DNA of 55,805 nucleotides, filler included, from Sphacelaria rigidula (Eukaryota): the NCBI GenBank assembly GCA_964200075.2. It is 4 parts of 4 records of this genome, joined end to end, with 100 filler letters (N's around TTAATTAATTAA, not from the genome) between each part and the next. Parts side by side here need not be neighbours in the genome. Positions count along the whole stretch, not along the records: positions 27,954 to 41,829 come from CAXNAA020002614.1; positions 41,930 to 55,805 come from CAXNAA020002615.1; 2 more parts are not named here. One strand, 5' to 3'. Each line of letters starts with the position of its first letter. The first letter of the stretch is position 1. This document shows positions 37,971 to 50,539 of this stretch, in pieces. The notes under the pieces were generated by a model. The model searched no databases, was not told where the DNA came from, and saw only the letters and a list, made by a program, of their open reading frames with translations. A program made the position numbers and the translations under genes.

Positions 37971-38767
37971 ATATATCTGTATTTGTCGGGACTGGCAAGG
38001 TATCTGAAAACTCTCGAATGTCCGCGAGCGCCACGGCGTACACGCAGGACAGCTCTCCGAAGGTTGCAGCCCTATCTTTTCAAACTTCCTCGAAAAAATT
38101 AAGCGTCGGGGGGAAAATCGAGCCACGTTCGTGTTCGGAGGAGTCTGAACGCGGAGTCCAATAAAGTCCGAATAATTTTGGATCTCCGAAGAAGACGGTG
38201 TCGATAATAATGGACCCAACACCGGCTATCAATACTGTCCAGTCAGCACAACAGTCACGGGCCTGATGCGAGGTATCAGTGATCATTTCATGGACAACAT
38301 CATCTGTCTGTTGCGCACCAAGACCGGGACAAAACACGTCTCTAGGCGGTAGAGGTATTTTAGCCCTCGCCACCGTGAGGGTAGGTTATCTGGTCATGCA
38401 GATTTTTTTTCCGTAAAAGTGACGCTGAGTCAACGGATGACCCATGCTGGCGTTCAAGCGTTTGAACTCGAGATTTCCGTTATATTGATCTGTCAAATAT
38501 ATCGGGAACCTTGAGTTTGAAATACTTTTTTGTAGAAAAATGCCATCAATTTTCTGGAAGATACAGTTGCTCCGACTTTGACCCAATTCAAGGATGACGG
38601 AAAATCGGCGGCACAATGGACCCGATAAGATAATCACTCGGGAGATGATTCAACCATCGGCCAGCGCGCATGGGCTGGCCTCATTTCGTGTTCGCCGCCC
38701 AAAAAATCGGTCATGTACGTGCTGCTTGACCAAAGCAGCTTTCTCCGCACCCGTGACGACCACAGTA

Positions 38768-39215
38768 GATCGAGTAGAGTTTACTCAATTGCCGGGTATT
38801 TTGAAAGTCGTACTTGAAGTACACACGTTGGGGGTAGGGGTTCAGGAATCGCTTTACAGTTATTTTTTTGGTACAACTTTCAACACTCTACCCTAAATCG
38901 AGTACCTCAAGTGCGTCTTTCAAAGTACCACGCAATCAAGTATACCCTACTGGACCTGCCCTTGTACTTTTATTCGCCAAACATTTCGAGGGCATGTCGA
39001 GTAGGGAATACTCAGTTGCGGGGTATTTTGAAAGTCGTACTTGAAATACACAAATTGGGTGTAGCGTTATAGGGATCGCTTTCCAGTTATTCGTTGGGTC
39101 CGACTCCTAACACTCTACCCTAAATTGAGTACCTCAAGTGCGTTTTTCAAAATATCACGCAAGTGAGTTATACTCTACTCGACCTGCCCTTGTACTTTTC
39201 TTCCCCAAATATTTC
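38768..39215. repeat. Tandem dimer (~228-bp period) of a MITE-like unit with inverted ends
   Basis: Two diverged units, each running 'tcgagtag...' to '...ctact(c/g)gacctgcccttgtacttt'. Ends are related to 16359-16591. Confidence 0.8.
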
Positions 39216-39915
39216 ACACGTCCGACAACTGGTGGGCTACCTGAACATTACTTCATTTCAAGTCTAGTGATCCGCATCGTGAGCTATGATAATAGCTTAT
39301 TTGGCCCTTTCTTTTGCTTATTTGGCCCTTTCTTTTCCCTATATTTGCTCCATACACGGCTGGACGCTGAGCACGGGGAGAAGCGCAGCAGTTGCGCTTT
39401 GGCTGCTCTTGCCCCCCTGTCACGGATCATTTTGTTTTGTTTTGTTGGGAGAAGGGATCTGAGCGTCCTCTTCGATAAGTCATTTCGACGTGGCGCTCTT
39501 GAACCGTCCGATGTGTGAGACACTTGCATTTTCGTGTCCATGAGAATCCGCCGTTTCTGGCGGGTATTTCAACCTCAGCAGCACTGGAGGAACGTCTTGA
39601 GAGTTTTCCCGATTCCTCTGGGCTCCACGCGCAAAGGATTCCGCCGCCGTCACGACGTGTTTGCGAGTCGATCATTTTCAGAAAAACATGATACAAAAGC
39701 CCATCCTCTTTTCGAACACGCTCGCGATGGGTGTGCATCTGACGCTTTGGCCAGTAGCGCATGGAGGACGATGCCTCTGGGGACGATCGATATGTGTCCT
39801 ATCCTATTGATTCATGTACCCCCCCCCCCCCCCCATGCGGTTGGCGTCGGTTGGCGATGACGCTGTAAAACACGCCACTCACTGCGTTAGCTAGGCAACC
39901 GGATTTCCGATTTTT

Positions 39916-40057
39916 TCACACCCTGGACAACAGTAGATTCTATTATAAAAGATGGACTGCGTACCGTATAAAATTTATCGTCTATTGCAATAGAACCAAT
40001 AGTCGGTACTTTACGCAGTACACTTTTTGACAGTGTAGTCTGTTGTCCAGGGTGTGG
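39916..40057. mobile_element. Palindromic ~140-bp MITE (copy 2) with 6-bp TSD ATTTTT
   Basis: 'tcacaccctggacaacag' ... 'ctgttgtccagggtgtgg'. ATTTTT at 39910-39915 and 40058-40063. Confidence 0.8.
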
Positions 40058-40060
40058 ATT

Positions 40061-40420
40061 TTTGCTGCGCGCTTGCGTTTTATTTGCGGTAACCATGATG
40101 GCAGTCGAGCTAGATCATGTTGTGCGGCGTAGGAGAACCTCTATTCCGCACAACGGGAATGGGCATGCTACGGAGTGTATACATAGTGAGACACCTGTGA
40201 GGCAATGTGTGGGTCGTGGCTGTCTCTGGAAATGGCGATACCAGAAAATGACGCAACTCATCGTAAGCTGTCATCCTGATGCAAGATAATCAGCAGGCTT
40301 CAGGCCGAACAATCTTAGCAGGATGCAGCTCACCCTACATGCGACTCGCCGAACACACCACGGTTCTTCGCACTTGGTGGTTTGAGTGCGAGCCTGGTCC
40401 AGCGAAAACCCGGCGCGCTC
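40061..40420. repeat. Interspersed repeat with inverted copies at ~41930-42180 and ~42625-42795
   Basis: For example, 'gcaactcatcgtaagctgtcatcc...tgcaagataatcag.aggcttc.ggccgaaca' is reverse-complementary to 41930-41990 and 42738-42793. Confidence 0.8.
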
Positions 40421-41417
40421 CGAAGAGGATATTTGGTGACTTTTTCGTAATTGGCGACATTCTTGAGTTCTTTCGCTTGCAACCGCTCATCACATTGGGG
40501 ATCTGAAGATACGCTCCACATTCCAAGGACAAAAAAACGTATGTTATCAATTTTGAGTGACTTACGGGCTGACCGGTCATCGGGGGTCCTGCGACTCTTT
40601 AGCCCAGACAACGTATTGCTCATAGGTACACATGAGACACAAGTTTCTTTTTTTGCCATGTCGCTGTGATTCTTCTCACCAAAATTCAAAGTGCAGCTCT
40701 CATGAATGAGCTGCTAAGCCGCCTACATCCACACAGCTCCGTTTCTAGGTCGGCCCAGCTTGTTAGATCTTGACTGAGCAGCCCGGATTTGAGAGCTGCG
40801 CTTGGAGATATGGTACGGAGAATCCAAGGACATGAATGGAAAAAAGTTACGGTGCGATATCAAGTTTTTATCTTATTTCGTGAGTTAGAGACGTTGTTGT
40901 GAAAAATGGGTAGTGTTTTTCGCCCTCAACCCTCAGACCGCCAGTCTGAGTAAGTCAGTCACCTGTTGCATCGACGTCAAATTCACTTGAAAATGTATAC
41001 CCGGCCCAGATGACCCACCCTTGCGGTGAAGGGGTGAACTCTTGAAAAATATCGCCGTAACTCTTTTTCACCGTGCCCTTGTAGTTCTCCACACCAAATT
41101 TGAAAATTAAACATCTCAGACACCGACCTTCTCAATCGCCTGCACTGTAGAATCTGGTACAGATATACCCCCCCCTATACGATATGATAATTTATACAAC
41201 TTTGTGATGTTTTTCGGAGGGGTGTTCGATACCGTATAAAATAACATTTCGTATCGTTTTATATTGTGTACCCTACGCTTTTCAGCAAAATGTGACTGAA
41301 AGGCTATACAATATATGGGATGTGATAAGTCACCTATATCAGGTGATATATACACCTAAAATATATCAGCCTGAACCAACTCTGCCCCGTTCTATCTAGC
41401 GTACACTGACATCTTTT

Positions 41418-41644
41418 CAGCAGCCATCGCTTGCGATATGTGCTGTGACGGATCTCGTGCGTGATGCGGCTTTCTCCACCGTGGAGGGTAGCCCGTGAAG
41501 CCAGTTGTTGATGCTGACAGTGCCCACCCCTCTTCCCACGATGACCTTCCCTCTGATGAGCACAAGACAATTTGAAACTGCGGAATATGACTGTCTACTA
41601 GAACGTACTCCTCCATATCATAGAAAAGGAATAACACTGGGAGT
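41418..41644. repeat. Interspersed repeat, direct copy of 23853-24090
   Basis: Alignable by eye over ~230 bp. Confidence 0.8.
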
Positions 41645-41739
41645 TTCACTACTCCCAAACCGCGAGAAAACAAATTTTACGTCATTTACCTATCGGGCAC
41701 TGCATGACTCACTGCACCTATATCTTACATGCATCACCT

Positions 41740-41776
<37 letters not shown>

Positions 41777-41829
41777 TCCCATATATTTTGTGTGCAAGCC
41801 TCCTCCTTTTGCGCTTTGTGTGTGCGCAA

Positions 41830-41929
41830 NNNNNNNNNNNNNNNNNNNNNNNNNNNNNNNNNNNNNNNNNNNNTTAATTAATTAANNNNNNNNNNNNNNN
41901 NNNNNNNNNNNNNNNNNNNNNNNNNNNNN
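41830..41929. other. Artificial assembly linker
   Basis: 44 N + TTAATTAATTAA + 44 N, preceded by a (GT)n tract at ~41742-41770. Confidence 0.95.
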
Positions 41930-42269
41930 TGTTCGGCCCGAAGCCTACTGATTATCTTGCATTTGGATGACAGCTTACCATGAGTTGCTTTATTATCTGG
42001 TATCGCCACTCCAGAGGCAGTCACGGCTTATACACTGCCTCATGGGTGTCTCACCATAGACCTACTACGTAGTACGACCATCCCCATTGTGCGGAGTTGA
42101 GGTTCTCCCACGCCGCACAACATGATTTCGCTCGACTACCATCATTGTTACCGAACAAAAAACGCAAGCACGCAAAAAAACCCCGGTAATCTGGTTGCGT
42201 AGCTTACGCAGTGAGAGGCATGTTTCACAGCGTCATCGCCAACCGACGCCAACCCCATCGGGTGTCCAA

Positions 42270-42678
42270 GGGGGGGCGGGGGATGGCTCTGATCTTGCAT
42301 GCCGTAGTCATAACATCATTGATCTCTCATCCCTACAAAGCCGGGACGGAGCACGCCAGGTTTTCGCCAGACCAGGCTCGTGATCAATCACCAAGTGCGA
42401 AAAAGGACGGGGGGGGGGGGAGGGGATTGCTCATGATCTTGCATGCCGTAGTCATATGACCATTGATCTCGCATCCCGGCGGGACGGAGCACGCCGGGTT
42501 CCCGCCGGACCAGGTTCGCAATCAATCACCAAGCGCGAAAAGAGGACGGGGGGGAGGGGGGCATTGCTCAAGATCTTGCATGCTGTAGTCATATAACCAT
42601 TGACCTCGCATCACTACAAAGCTGGGACGGAGCACGCCGGGTTCTCGCCGGACCGGGCTCGCAATCGAGCACCAAGCG
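42270..42678. repeat. Three tandem ~139-bp units, each starting with a G-run
   Basis: Recurrent 'gatcttgcatgc.gtagtcata...gggacggagcacgcc...caccaag'. Units start at ~42270, 42408 and 42547. Confidence 0.85.
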
Positions 42679-43419
42679 TGAAGGGCCGTGATATGTTCGG
42701 CGAGACGCACAAAGTGTGAGCTGCATCGTGTTGAGATTGTTCGGCCTGAGGCATGTTGATCATGCATTTGGATGACAGCCTACAATGAGTTGCTCAGAGT
42801 GTGCGTGCTGAATCCTACGTAAAGCTGGTGTGACCGACTAGGATCTGGAGCACCAGGCAGGTAAGATGGCCCATTTATAGCACAGCCATTTCGTATACTC
42901 ACGAGACGATCGCGGAATACCTGGAATATTTGCGCCGTGAAAAATCTTTATAGATTTCCACGCGAACCAACGCGTCTGCGAAGCTGGGGATCACCATCAT
43001 GCAGGGGTACCAAATGGTTTCTTGCCCCGATGCCGGCTGTAAATACAAGGGAACCTTGCATTATCATACATGTGCCATCTGGGATATAATGTAAGTATTT
43101 TTTTTATCATTTTTCATCTAGCTGTCGCACTTTGAACCCCTCACGTACCTCGGGACGAGTCCGTGTCTCAAGGGACCAACTCATCTCTCCCCGGTACACG
43201 CCTTGCATTTTGGTCTCGCGGATTGGGCCAGCACTACCGCACCGCATCAACTCTCGTCAAACAAACTCAGCTGACGACTTTTTGCTTACTCACGTACTAT
43301 CGCCTTCGGCGGTGGAAATCAGATGCTCCGAAGAAAATACCCAACGCATCGGGAGTCGAACCCTCGTTCTCTTCACCCTCATGGTAACAGTCGGGTCATT
43401 ACACCACCAAGGCGCGGTG

Positions 43420-44212
43420 TGATATATTTATCTGGGACATCTATCATGGAAATCATCATCCACGTGGGTTGCCCATGTGGGATGTGCACATCTGTGTGGG
43501 ATGTCCATATGCGGTATCAGATCCATCGGGGATATTCATCTGGAATATAGACGATCATCAAGGATATGGATATGCATACATGTGATATTGCGTGTCAAGG
43601 ATATGGATGTCCATCTGAAACTTCCATGTCACACATATATGTCTCCGTGGGATTCTGTGCGATGCGGATACCCATCAGGGATGTCAATCTCAATTGTCCG
43701 TCAGAAATATTCGCCTGGTATGTTGGATATATGTGGGATATCCACCGTAGATGTGGATATTCATCTGGAATGCCCACCTAGGATATCCATTTGTATCCTA
43801 CTGCTGAAAGATATATATCCATCTGCGATGTTCATCCGAGACGTTCACCTGGAACATTTACCCGAGGAATCGGATTCTTTTTGGCTGCCGGCCTGATATT
43901 GGACATCTTGCATCATCGTCGCACCTCCGTGTGGGATGTGGATATCCAGATGGTTACCCATTTGGGATATGAACGTCCATCCGGGATATTTATCTGGGAT
44001 ACCTAGGATGTGGATATCACCCTGGGATTTCCATCTGGGTTGTGGACGTCTATCTGGCGTGTCGATATCTATTTACGGTTTCCATCTAGAATGTTCATTT
44101 GGGATATCTGTCTTTGATGTGAATATCCCAGGTGGATGGCCATATCCGAGATGGACGTCCAATCCCAGATGAATATCCCAGATAGATGTCTATCTGGGAC
44201 ACCCACATCCTA
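43420..44212. repeat. Degenerate minisatellite built from GGATAT/CCATCT-type motifs
   Basis: Many variants of 'gggatatccatct' and 'gatgtggatat' over ~800 bp. Confidence 0.75.
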
Positions 44213-45649
44213 GGTAAGGTTTCACGATAATGAAAATCGTGACGACGACAAAGCATTGGTCACGTCCACTTGGTCAATATAGCCATGGAAAGGGTAGATC
44301 CAACAAGCACAATATGACGCTGATCGAACCAACAATTGTAGCATCTTTTTGTATACGTATCGTAGTGAGAGCGCTGCAAAAATGATAGTTTTTGATGATT
44401 GATTGTCGCCTTCAACTAACCCCCCAGGGGTCCAGCCGTGGTCACATAATGGACATACCCAAGACGAAACAAAGCCGAAACACTCGCTGAAGAAAAAGAA
44501 GGCATCAGAAATATAGATAGATAGAGCAACGACGCAGTAAGGTGACAAATAGATCACAGAACCGAGGTTATACAGATGAACATGCTACGGGAGTCGCGGC
44601 CAGTACAGAAGGTTCCGTGTCGTCGTACGTGGGTCGTGAACTTGGTGTCTCTAATACCGGAGAGGAGACTGTTTCCACAGCGATCACCACGCCAACCTTG
44701 GCGAGGCATCGGAGGGGTAAGGCTTAGGCGTGAAAACTTCATGCCCGACATAGAAAACACTTTTCATCGCAACGCATGGTATGCGTCGGAAGGTAGTGCT
44801 GTGGAATGACTTCTCGGCAGAGGTGGCGAAAAACCGAACCTCAGCAACTGCTGCGCTCACTTGCGTTGCATGGAGCAGAAATGTGAGCGAGTCAGATTAT
44901 TGCGCGTGTGCGGCCGAAGGTTCAGCGAGAGGTGGACGGCGACGAGGTGTGCGACTACGGTTTACCCGATCAATCCAGAATAAGCACTCGCGTACTTCTT
45001 GGAAATCTGAAAAAGCAGACACACGCGAAACATCCCACTGTTGTCTCCCGCGGCCACCTAAGAAGTCAGGACAACATATTTCGTCAATGCGACAAAAGCA
45101 CTGCCGCTATTCACAGTAGGAGACTCTGCTGCAATGTCTAGTTGACAGATAAGATACCTGAACCCACATCACGCCTCCGCAATGAACTAACAACGCACAG
45201 ATATTATCGCCCAAGAAGAACTGCGTATAATATCGCAACTGATCTCCTCTATTATGTTCTTAGACATATCGCACGCGGTCAAGTGATTGCGGAGATGTTA
45301 TATGGAGCGAAAATCGATCTACTTAACTACTCGTGACGTCTAATCGCCGTGGATGACTCACTACTGTTGGCTTCATTCAAATAAAAAGATCGAAAATATT
45401 TTTCTTCACAAACAACAGTTGCCATTGATGATATCCCTCGTAGCTCGAAGTAGCGCGCGCCCGCGGTGCCCTTTTCATGCCAATATATCATAGACTGTGT
45501 GTCATGGTAAAAAACGAAATAAGTGTATCATAACCTGATATTTCGCGCGTGATTCTCCCATGTGTCGAGTGTGATACTCTTATACATTGTGTGTGCATAT
45601 ATGATACAAACCCGATGCTGTAGCATGATAACCATCTCTACATATAATA

Positions 45650-47950
45650 TTTTGCCGCAACGCCGAGGAAGCGAAATTCTCGCGCACTTTTCGGGGAGGA
45701 TGTCGGCTAGTTGTTCTGCGTGAGCCACACGGTCAACTATCAGCTGCCCACACTTCGCCCAGTCTCGGGGTGCTACAAAACACCATGTGATTCCTGCGGC
45801 TTGAGGAACTACAGCTTGTACACCATGGAGTCGAAGTCATCATTTTCCACCTGATTGCTGTCGAAGTGGTGAACCAGCTCGCGACAGGGTGTAAGATGGT
45901 AGACTCCCTGTTTTGCACATAAAGCTAGTTCGATGAGGTCCGCCCCAGTGGTGCTTGCTGCTATTATCTCCTACGGTGGTGAAGATCAGCTTACCACCCC
46001 TTGACTACATAAACATGATCCCGGTGATAGATCACGTGTAGTATGATGAATCCGAGTAACAAGTCAGTTGCGGTGCGCTTCTAGACTAGGTGCTTGGGAC
46101 ATAGTGGTTTCCGCTCGAGTATCGAAGAATGCGCCTACCTCCTTCGTGATTTCTGGTCACACTTCTTCATGGGGTGTGAAGTTTTCTTTATTGACGTGTT
46201 GACTTCTGGTACAGTTGTCAGGATGAAGGACGCTGTCGATGGCAACTAATCGGGGATTTCTTTTGAGCGATCTCGTTAACGCAGCAATTTTCTCGCCTAA
46301 TGGTCACTCGTGTCCTGATTGACCACCAGAGGCAGGCACTGATTATCTAACTTTCAGGTGCTTTGGCGTGTGTCAGTCGGTACCCATTGACCCTGAAAAG
46401 CGTAGTTCTTTGTTCATGGAGGTGCTGGTGTTGACAAATATCCTCCCGCGGTTGGAGACTCCAGTGATGTCAAGACCACGAAACGTATTACGATAGCCTT
46501 CGCCGTCCTGATGTTCATGGATATATGCTTTTACGGATGTTTGGAGATCGACAGTCATGGTAAATTTTTCCCCAAGCGTCCGTTGCTAGTGTAACGGCGA
46601 GCGTTGGTCAGACCTTCCTACAGGGCTTGACGTTTTTTTGGGATTGAGAGTCAAGGTTTGTTTCTCTCCAAGCATCCGCTGTTAGTGTTGTGGAGGGTGC
46701 TGGTCCAAGTTTAGAAGATGGTGAACTTTATGTCGGCGATAATTGCAAATTCGCGTCAATATATACGTGACGAAGCTCGGGCGCGCTACACGAATGGCAT
46801 ACAAGTTGCGCACAGTAACCTGTTTATCATCCAACCTGAAATCGGAATCGTCGTTGGCGTTGAGCATTATCGTACAGCAAATGTACATGTTTCCGGTACG
46901 ATGTCAGCCGACCGCTCTTCGGGGATCGGCTCACCCCTTTTTCAGCGTTTTTAATCATCTCGTTGCTGATATCTGTTACCATAGACGCATCGAGATCTTG
47001 GTTCGTACCCACTCATACACTGTCTATTGTGGCCTGAGGATGCGGTTCCATTATTTCGACAAAATGTGGCAGTTTGCTATCAAGCCGTCCCAAGCTGTAT
47101 TACGGTCGGGTATTGAGATCCACTTTGACTTCAATACCAGTGGAATCTGACCGCGGCTCTTGTAGTTGTTCAGTCACAAAAAAAACTCTACCGAGTAATT
47201 GCTGATCGCTACGATAAAACGTTTCTGCTTCGGTTGCGTTTGTAGCTGACATTTTGCTTATGGCGTCCGCGACGGGAGAGCTCCATGCAACGAATGCGAA
47301 AATCGTGGTCCCAGGAAAAGTGGGACCGGTTCCGGAGTCAGGGGGCTAGTCCTCCAGTAGGAGGGATCCACGGACTAAGGTATAACCTCCTCGGGGTTGA
47401 TCGTATGAACCTCGAATGTTGCCGGAAAGACGTGCAATCTTTGTCGGGCACCTTGCGACGAGCTAAATTGGCCTCTTGGGGCATCCTTCGCGCGTCTTTC
47501 TGCGTTGATTCCGTTGAGTTGGTTCTGGGTTTCGTCCATCTTGCCTTGTGGGGGACTTCTGGTGGTATATTATGAGTAAGATTGACCGTCGAGTATCTCG
47601 GAGATTGACGGGTCCGTGAGAAGAATCGTGACCTGCGTAAATCGTTTCCGTCTGCGAAAGTTGAGGGCGATGGACTTGTTGATGTTGCGGAATAGGTGGG
47701 ACACCAACGATCCTTAGTTAGCGTTCGTAGTTGTTGGTTACATTGGTCCAGCCCATGTCAACGCTGTTGTCGAGGAGTGTGTCGAAATATACTCCTGATT
47801 TTCAATCTGGTGAATGTTCCATCGCTCGTGATGAATGTCGTGGGGGATGTCGCACTCGCTATGCCAGTCAATGTGTTTGTCAAAAAGAAGCTAGATTGAC
47901 AGTCTGGTGGGAGGGAGTGCTGCAGAACGCCGTTCCGGCAAAGACGGCGC
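45650..47950 (-). mobile_element. Highly decayed Ty1/Copia pol remnant (integrase, RT, RNase H)
   Basis: Order on the minus strand: 'ITSDGTFT...RHTPRQQR' (cf. RSDNGxEF...TPQQNG); 'KGVSRSPKSGRLT' (cf. KxLYGLxQSGRLW); 'FRGLDIT' (cf. FLGLxI); 'EQLADILPEK' (cf. QLADILTK). INT-RT-RH order indicates Copia. Confidence 0.65.
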
Positions 47951-48869
47951 AAAATTAGCGCCTAGTGGCTGATAGGTGCAACGTCGAGTAGGTAAGATTA
48001 AAGGTTCAAATTAGGCGTCTATGTAGCCGAAAATGCATAGAAGTGAATTGTGACGACATGTGCCGATACACGCCATCGATCCAGAACGAGCCCCACAGAC
48101 TCCGACACCCATCCCTTGCCGCCATCTTCTGTACCACTTCTTGAAGACTCTGCACTAGGTATTCAGTACAACCTACGTTGTAGTACCGTAGCGGCGAGCA
48201 TTATTTCGCCAAAGGTTGCAACACTGCTGGAATGCCCGAGTCATGAACAGAAATGCCAACAACTTGAACACAAAGACTACGATAGAGAAATGTTGCGCTC
48301 TTCGAAACGGACCGAAACCGCGTGGGCACGGTTTTACGCTTGGTGTGAAAATGTAAACGAAGATGTAGATACGTCTGTTTCATGTTTCCACGCCAAGACT
48401 ACGTATGCTGCCAAAACTGATGAGTCTCTGCTTCCTCCCACTGAAGCCTGTTGTTGCAGTCCTGGCACCGAGGTTACCCCAAGGTGAGGCTCGTCCGCTC
48501 TTGTTTGTAGGGCAAGAGTTCGCCGTGTGCTGGTGGATAGGCATGATATGATCTATGACCATAGTAGCGCTCCTGTATTGAGCGGTTACATCGTGCTTTA
48601 CCCGTGCTTTACTCGTGACGCGCTACGCGTAGATTCATCTTGTAACGGGTACCAGTGCTTCGTGTCTTTCTCCCGCGACACTAGCGGAATAACTTACTGT
48701 GACGCGTTCGTCCCTTACTCGCTACGTATGTGTGTGTAGGTTTCAGCGAGGTAAAAGGGTACCATGACGTCTGCAGAACATTCGAAGGTGTCCCGACGCT
48801 GATTTCCTAGTGTTGGGTGGACGTACTCAGCACTATGCGGTCGCGGCGCTACACAGACTTGTAAAAACT

Positions 48870-49320
48870 TGCGATCCCGTTGACTACATGTCCCCAGTAC
48901 AAGTGTTAACCTGCTTGGAAGGTCGTCTGAAGACGATCAAGGTCAATTATGTGTTCCATCATGACATACGACTTGGAGTGCAGCTAGATGATGACGCGCT
49001 ATTGAACTGTTCCGAATTCTACTGGGGTCTCGAACAAGGGCATCTTGTGTCCCCGCTGATGCCGCACGTCTTCTCTGCGGCGGTGATTCACATAGTTCAG
49101 CAGCGATTCGCGGTGGCCTGAGCTAACGTCTCAGACTTGGTATATCTATACGACGCGCCGAAAAACGGGAAAGGTAACTCTAGAGCAAAGCGTCTGCCGA
49201 AGATAGCGCCGCCTTCGGTGTAGGAAACACTGCGAGCCGATGATGCAGGCACAGTATCGATACGTCCGGACGACGAATCTAAAATAGTTATGACATTTTC
49301 GACGCGTAGCCGTCGCTGAC
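48870..49320 (+). mobile_element. LINE (RTE-like) reverse transcriptase fragment
   Basis: 'FHHDIRLGVQLDDD...GLEQGHLVSPLMPHVFSAAVIHIVQQRF...VSDLVYLYDAPK...LRADDAGTVS' corresponds to decayed GLRQGCVLSPLLF and YADD motifs. In-frame stops are present. Confidence 0.85.
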
Positions 49321-49724
49321 CGAGATGGGTTCGACACTGCTGGTGACACGTCAATAGTGAGACCACCACCTCCGACACTGTGGCCGAAACCCATCAACGT
49401 AATCGATAGTGGCCACCCTCTAGTCGACCTTCACGCGCATGTCGCCGACATAAGAATGTTTTGTGTCTGACCGCCAAGTACCGACAATAGTGTGGCCTGA
49501 AGCTGCGCCATAAAATATCGGCGCCAATCCGGAACGTGTCGCTGATACTTTCCCGCCGTGGCCAACACGGCGGAAGGGTCACTCAGGTTTTCAAAAATAA
49601 CGAAAGCAAATCTACTACTATCGCCGGTGCCTCTACTCTTCCTCGAGATAGAGCGGATTCTGTCGCTCGACATTCCGGAAGTGCCGGAGGCGTAAAAGCT
49701 AGAGCGGGCTGAGGTAACAGGACC

Positions 49725-49774
49725 CGGGTTAGGGCCCGGGTTAGGGCTAGGTGTAGGCTAAGGGTGAGGGTTGA
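49725..49774 (+). repeat. Short degenerate interstitial TTAGGG-like tract
   Basis: 'cgggttagggcccgggttagggctaggtgtaggctaagggtgagggttga'. Confidence 0.5.
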
Positions 49775-50539
49775 GGAGATGTTGAGCGAGAGTGTGACGA
49801 TGTCGCCGTTACAGCCGCATCTACCGCCAACACCGCTCGAATATACCAGCGATACGATAAGAGCATTGTCTGCACCCACCACAGTGTGGCCGACACTTGT
49901 GGGAGGTGGCCACCGCACTAGCGGGATCTCGCCACTACACCGCCATATTACCGACGACAGGTGTGGGCGATAGTTATGGCAGGCCAGTGCCGCCCACAAT
50001 AAACAAACGCTGTTCGGACACCGCTTCTGAAGCGCCGCCGATGTATGGTATGTTGCGCACACCCTCACGGCATCCATGGCCGACACTCGTGCACACTGCC
50101 GGCCACAGTTGCTGAAACTGTTGGTGATATTATCAGTCAATATTACCTCCTACAAGCGCTTGGTGTGGTCGGATTAATCGAGCGATAGCTACGAATCGGG
50201 TCCGACGTGTAATTTCGAGCTAATGGTCAGAGGTAAACCCATGCAGCACTAATGCGGCCCACTTAATTACCAAACAATTTCCATGTGCCGCTGAAAACAC
50301 CACGGGAAACGAGCCATTTGATCGTCTGTCTGTACCTACGAGCAAGGCGCACATGGGAAACTTAGCTCTCAACTACACGATCAACTGAGCCCTCGGCTAT
50401 CGTTCGACGATCCGACTGCTTCAAGTGGAGATGGTGAAAGCTACCATACACGGGTGTGCCAAGATGGACCGTGAGCTTGGAGCACTGAGTACGGATGATG
50501 TGTCACCAGCTCCTACTATAAGCGGTTGGTTTCAGCATT

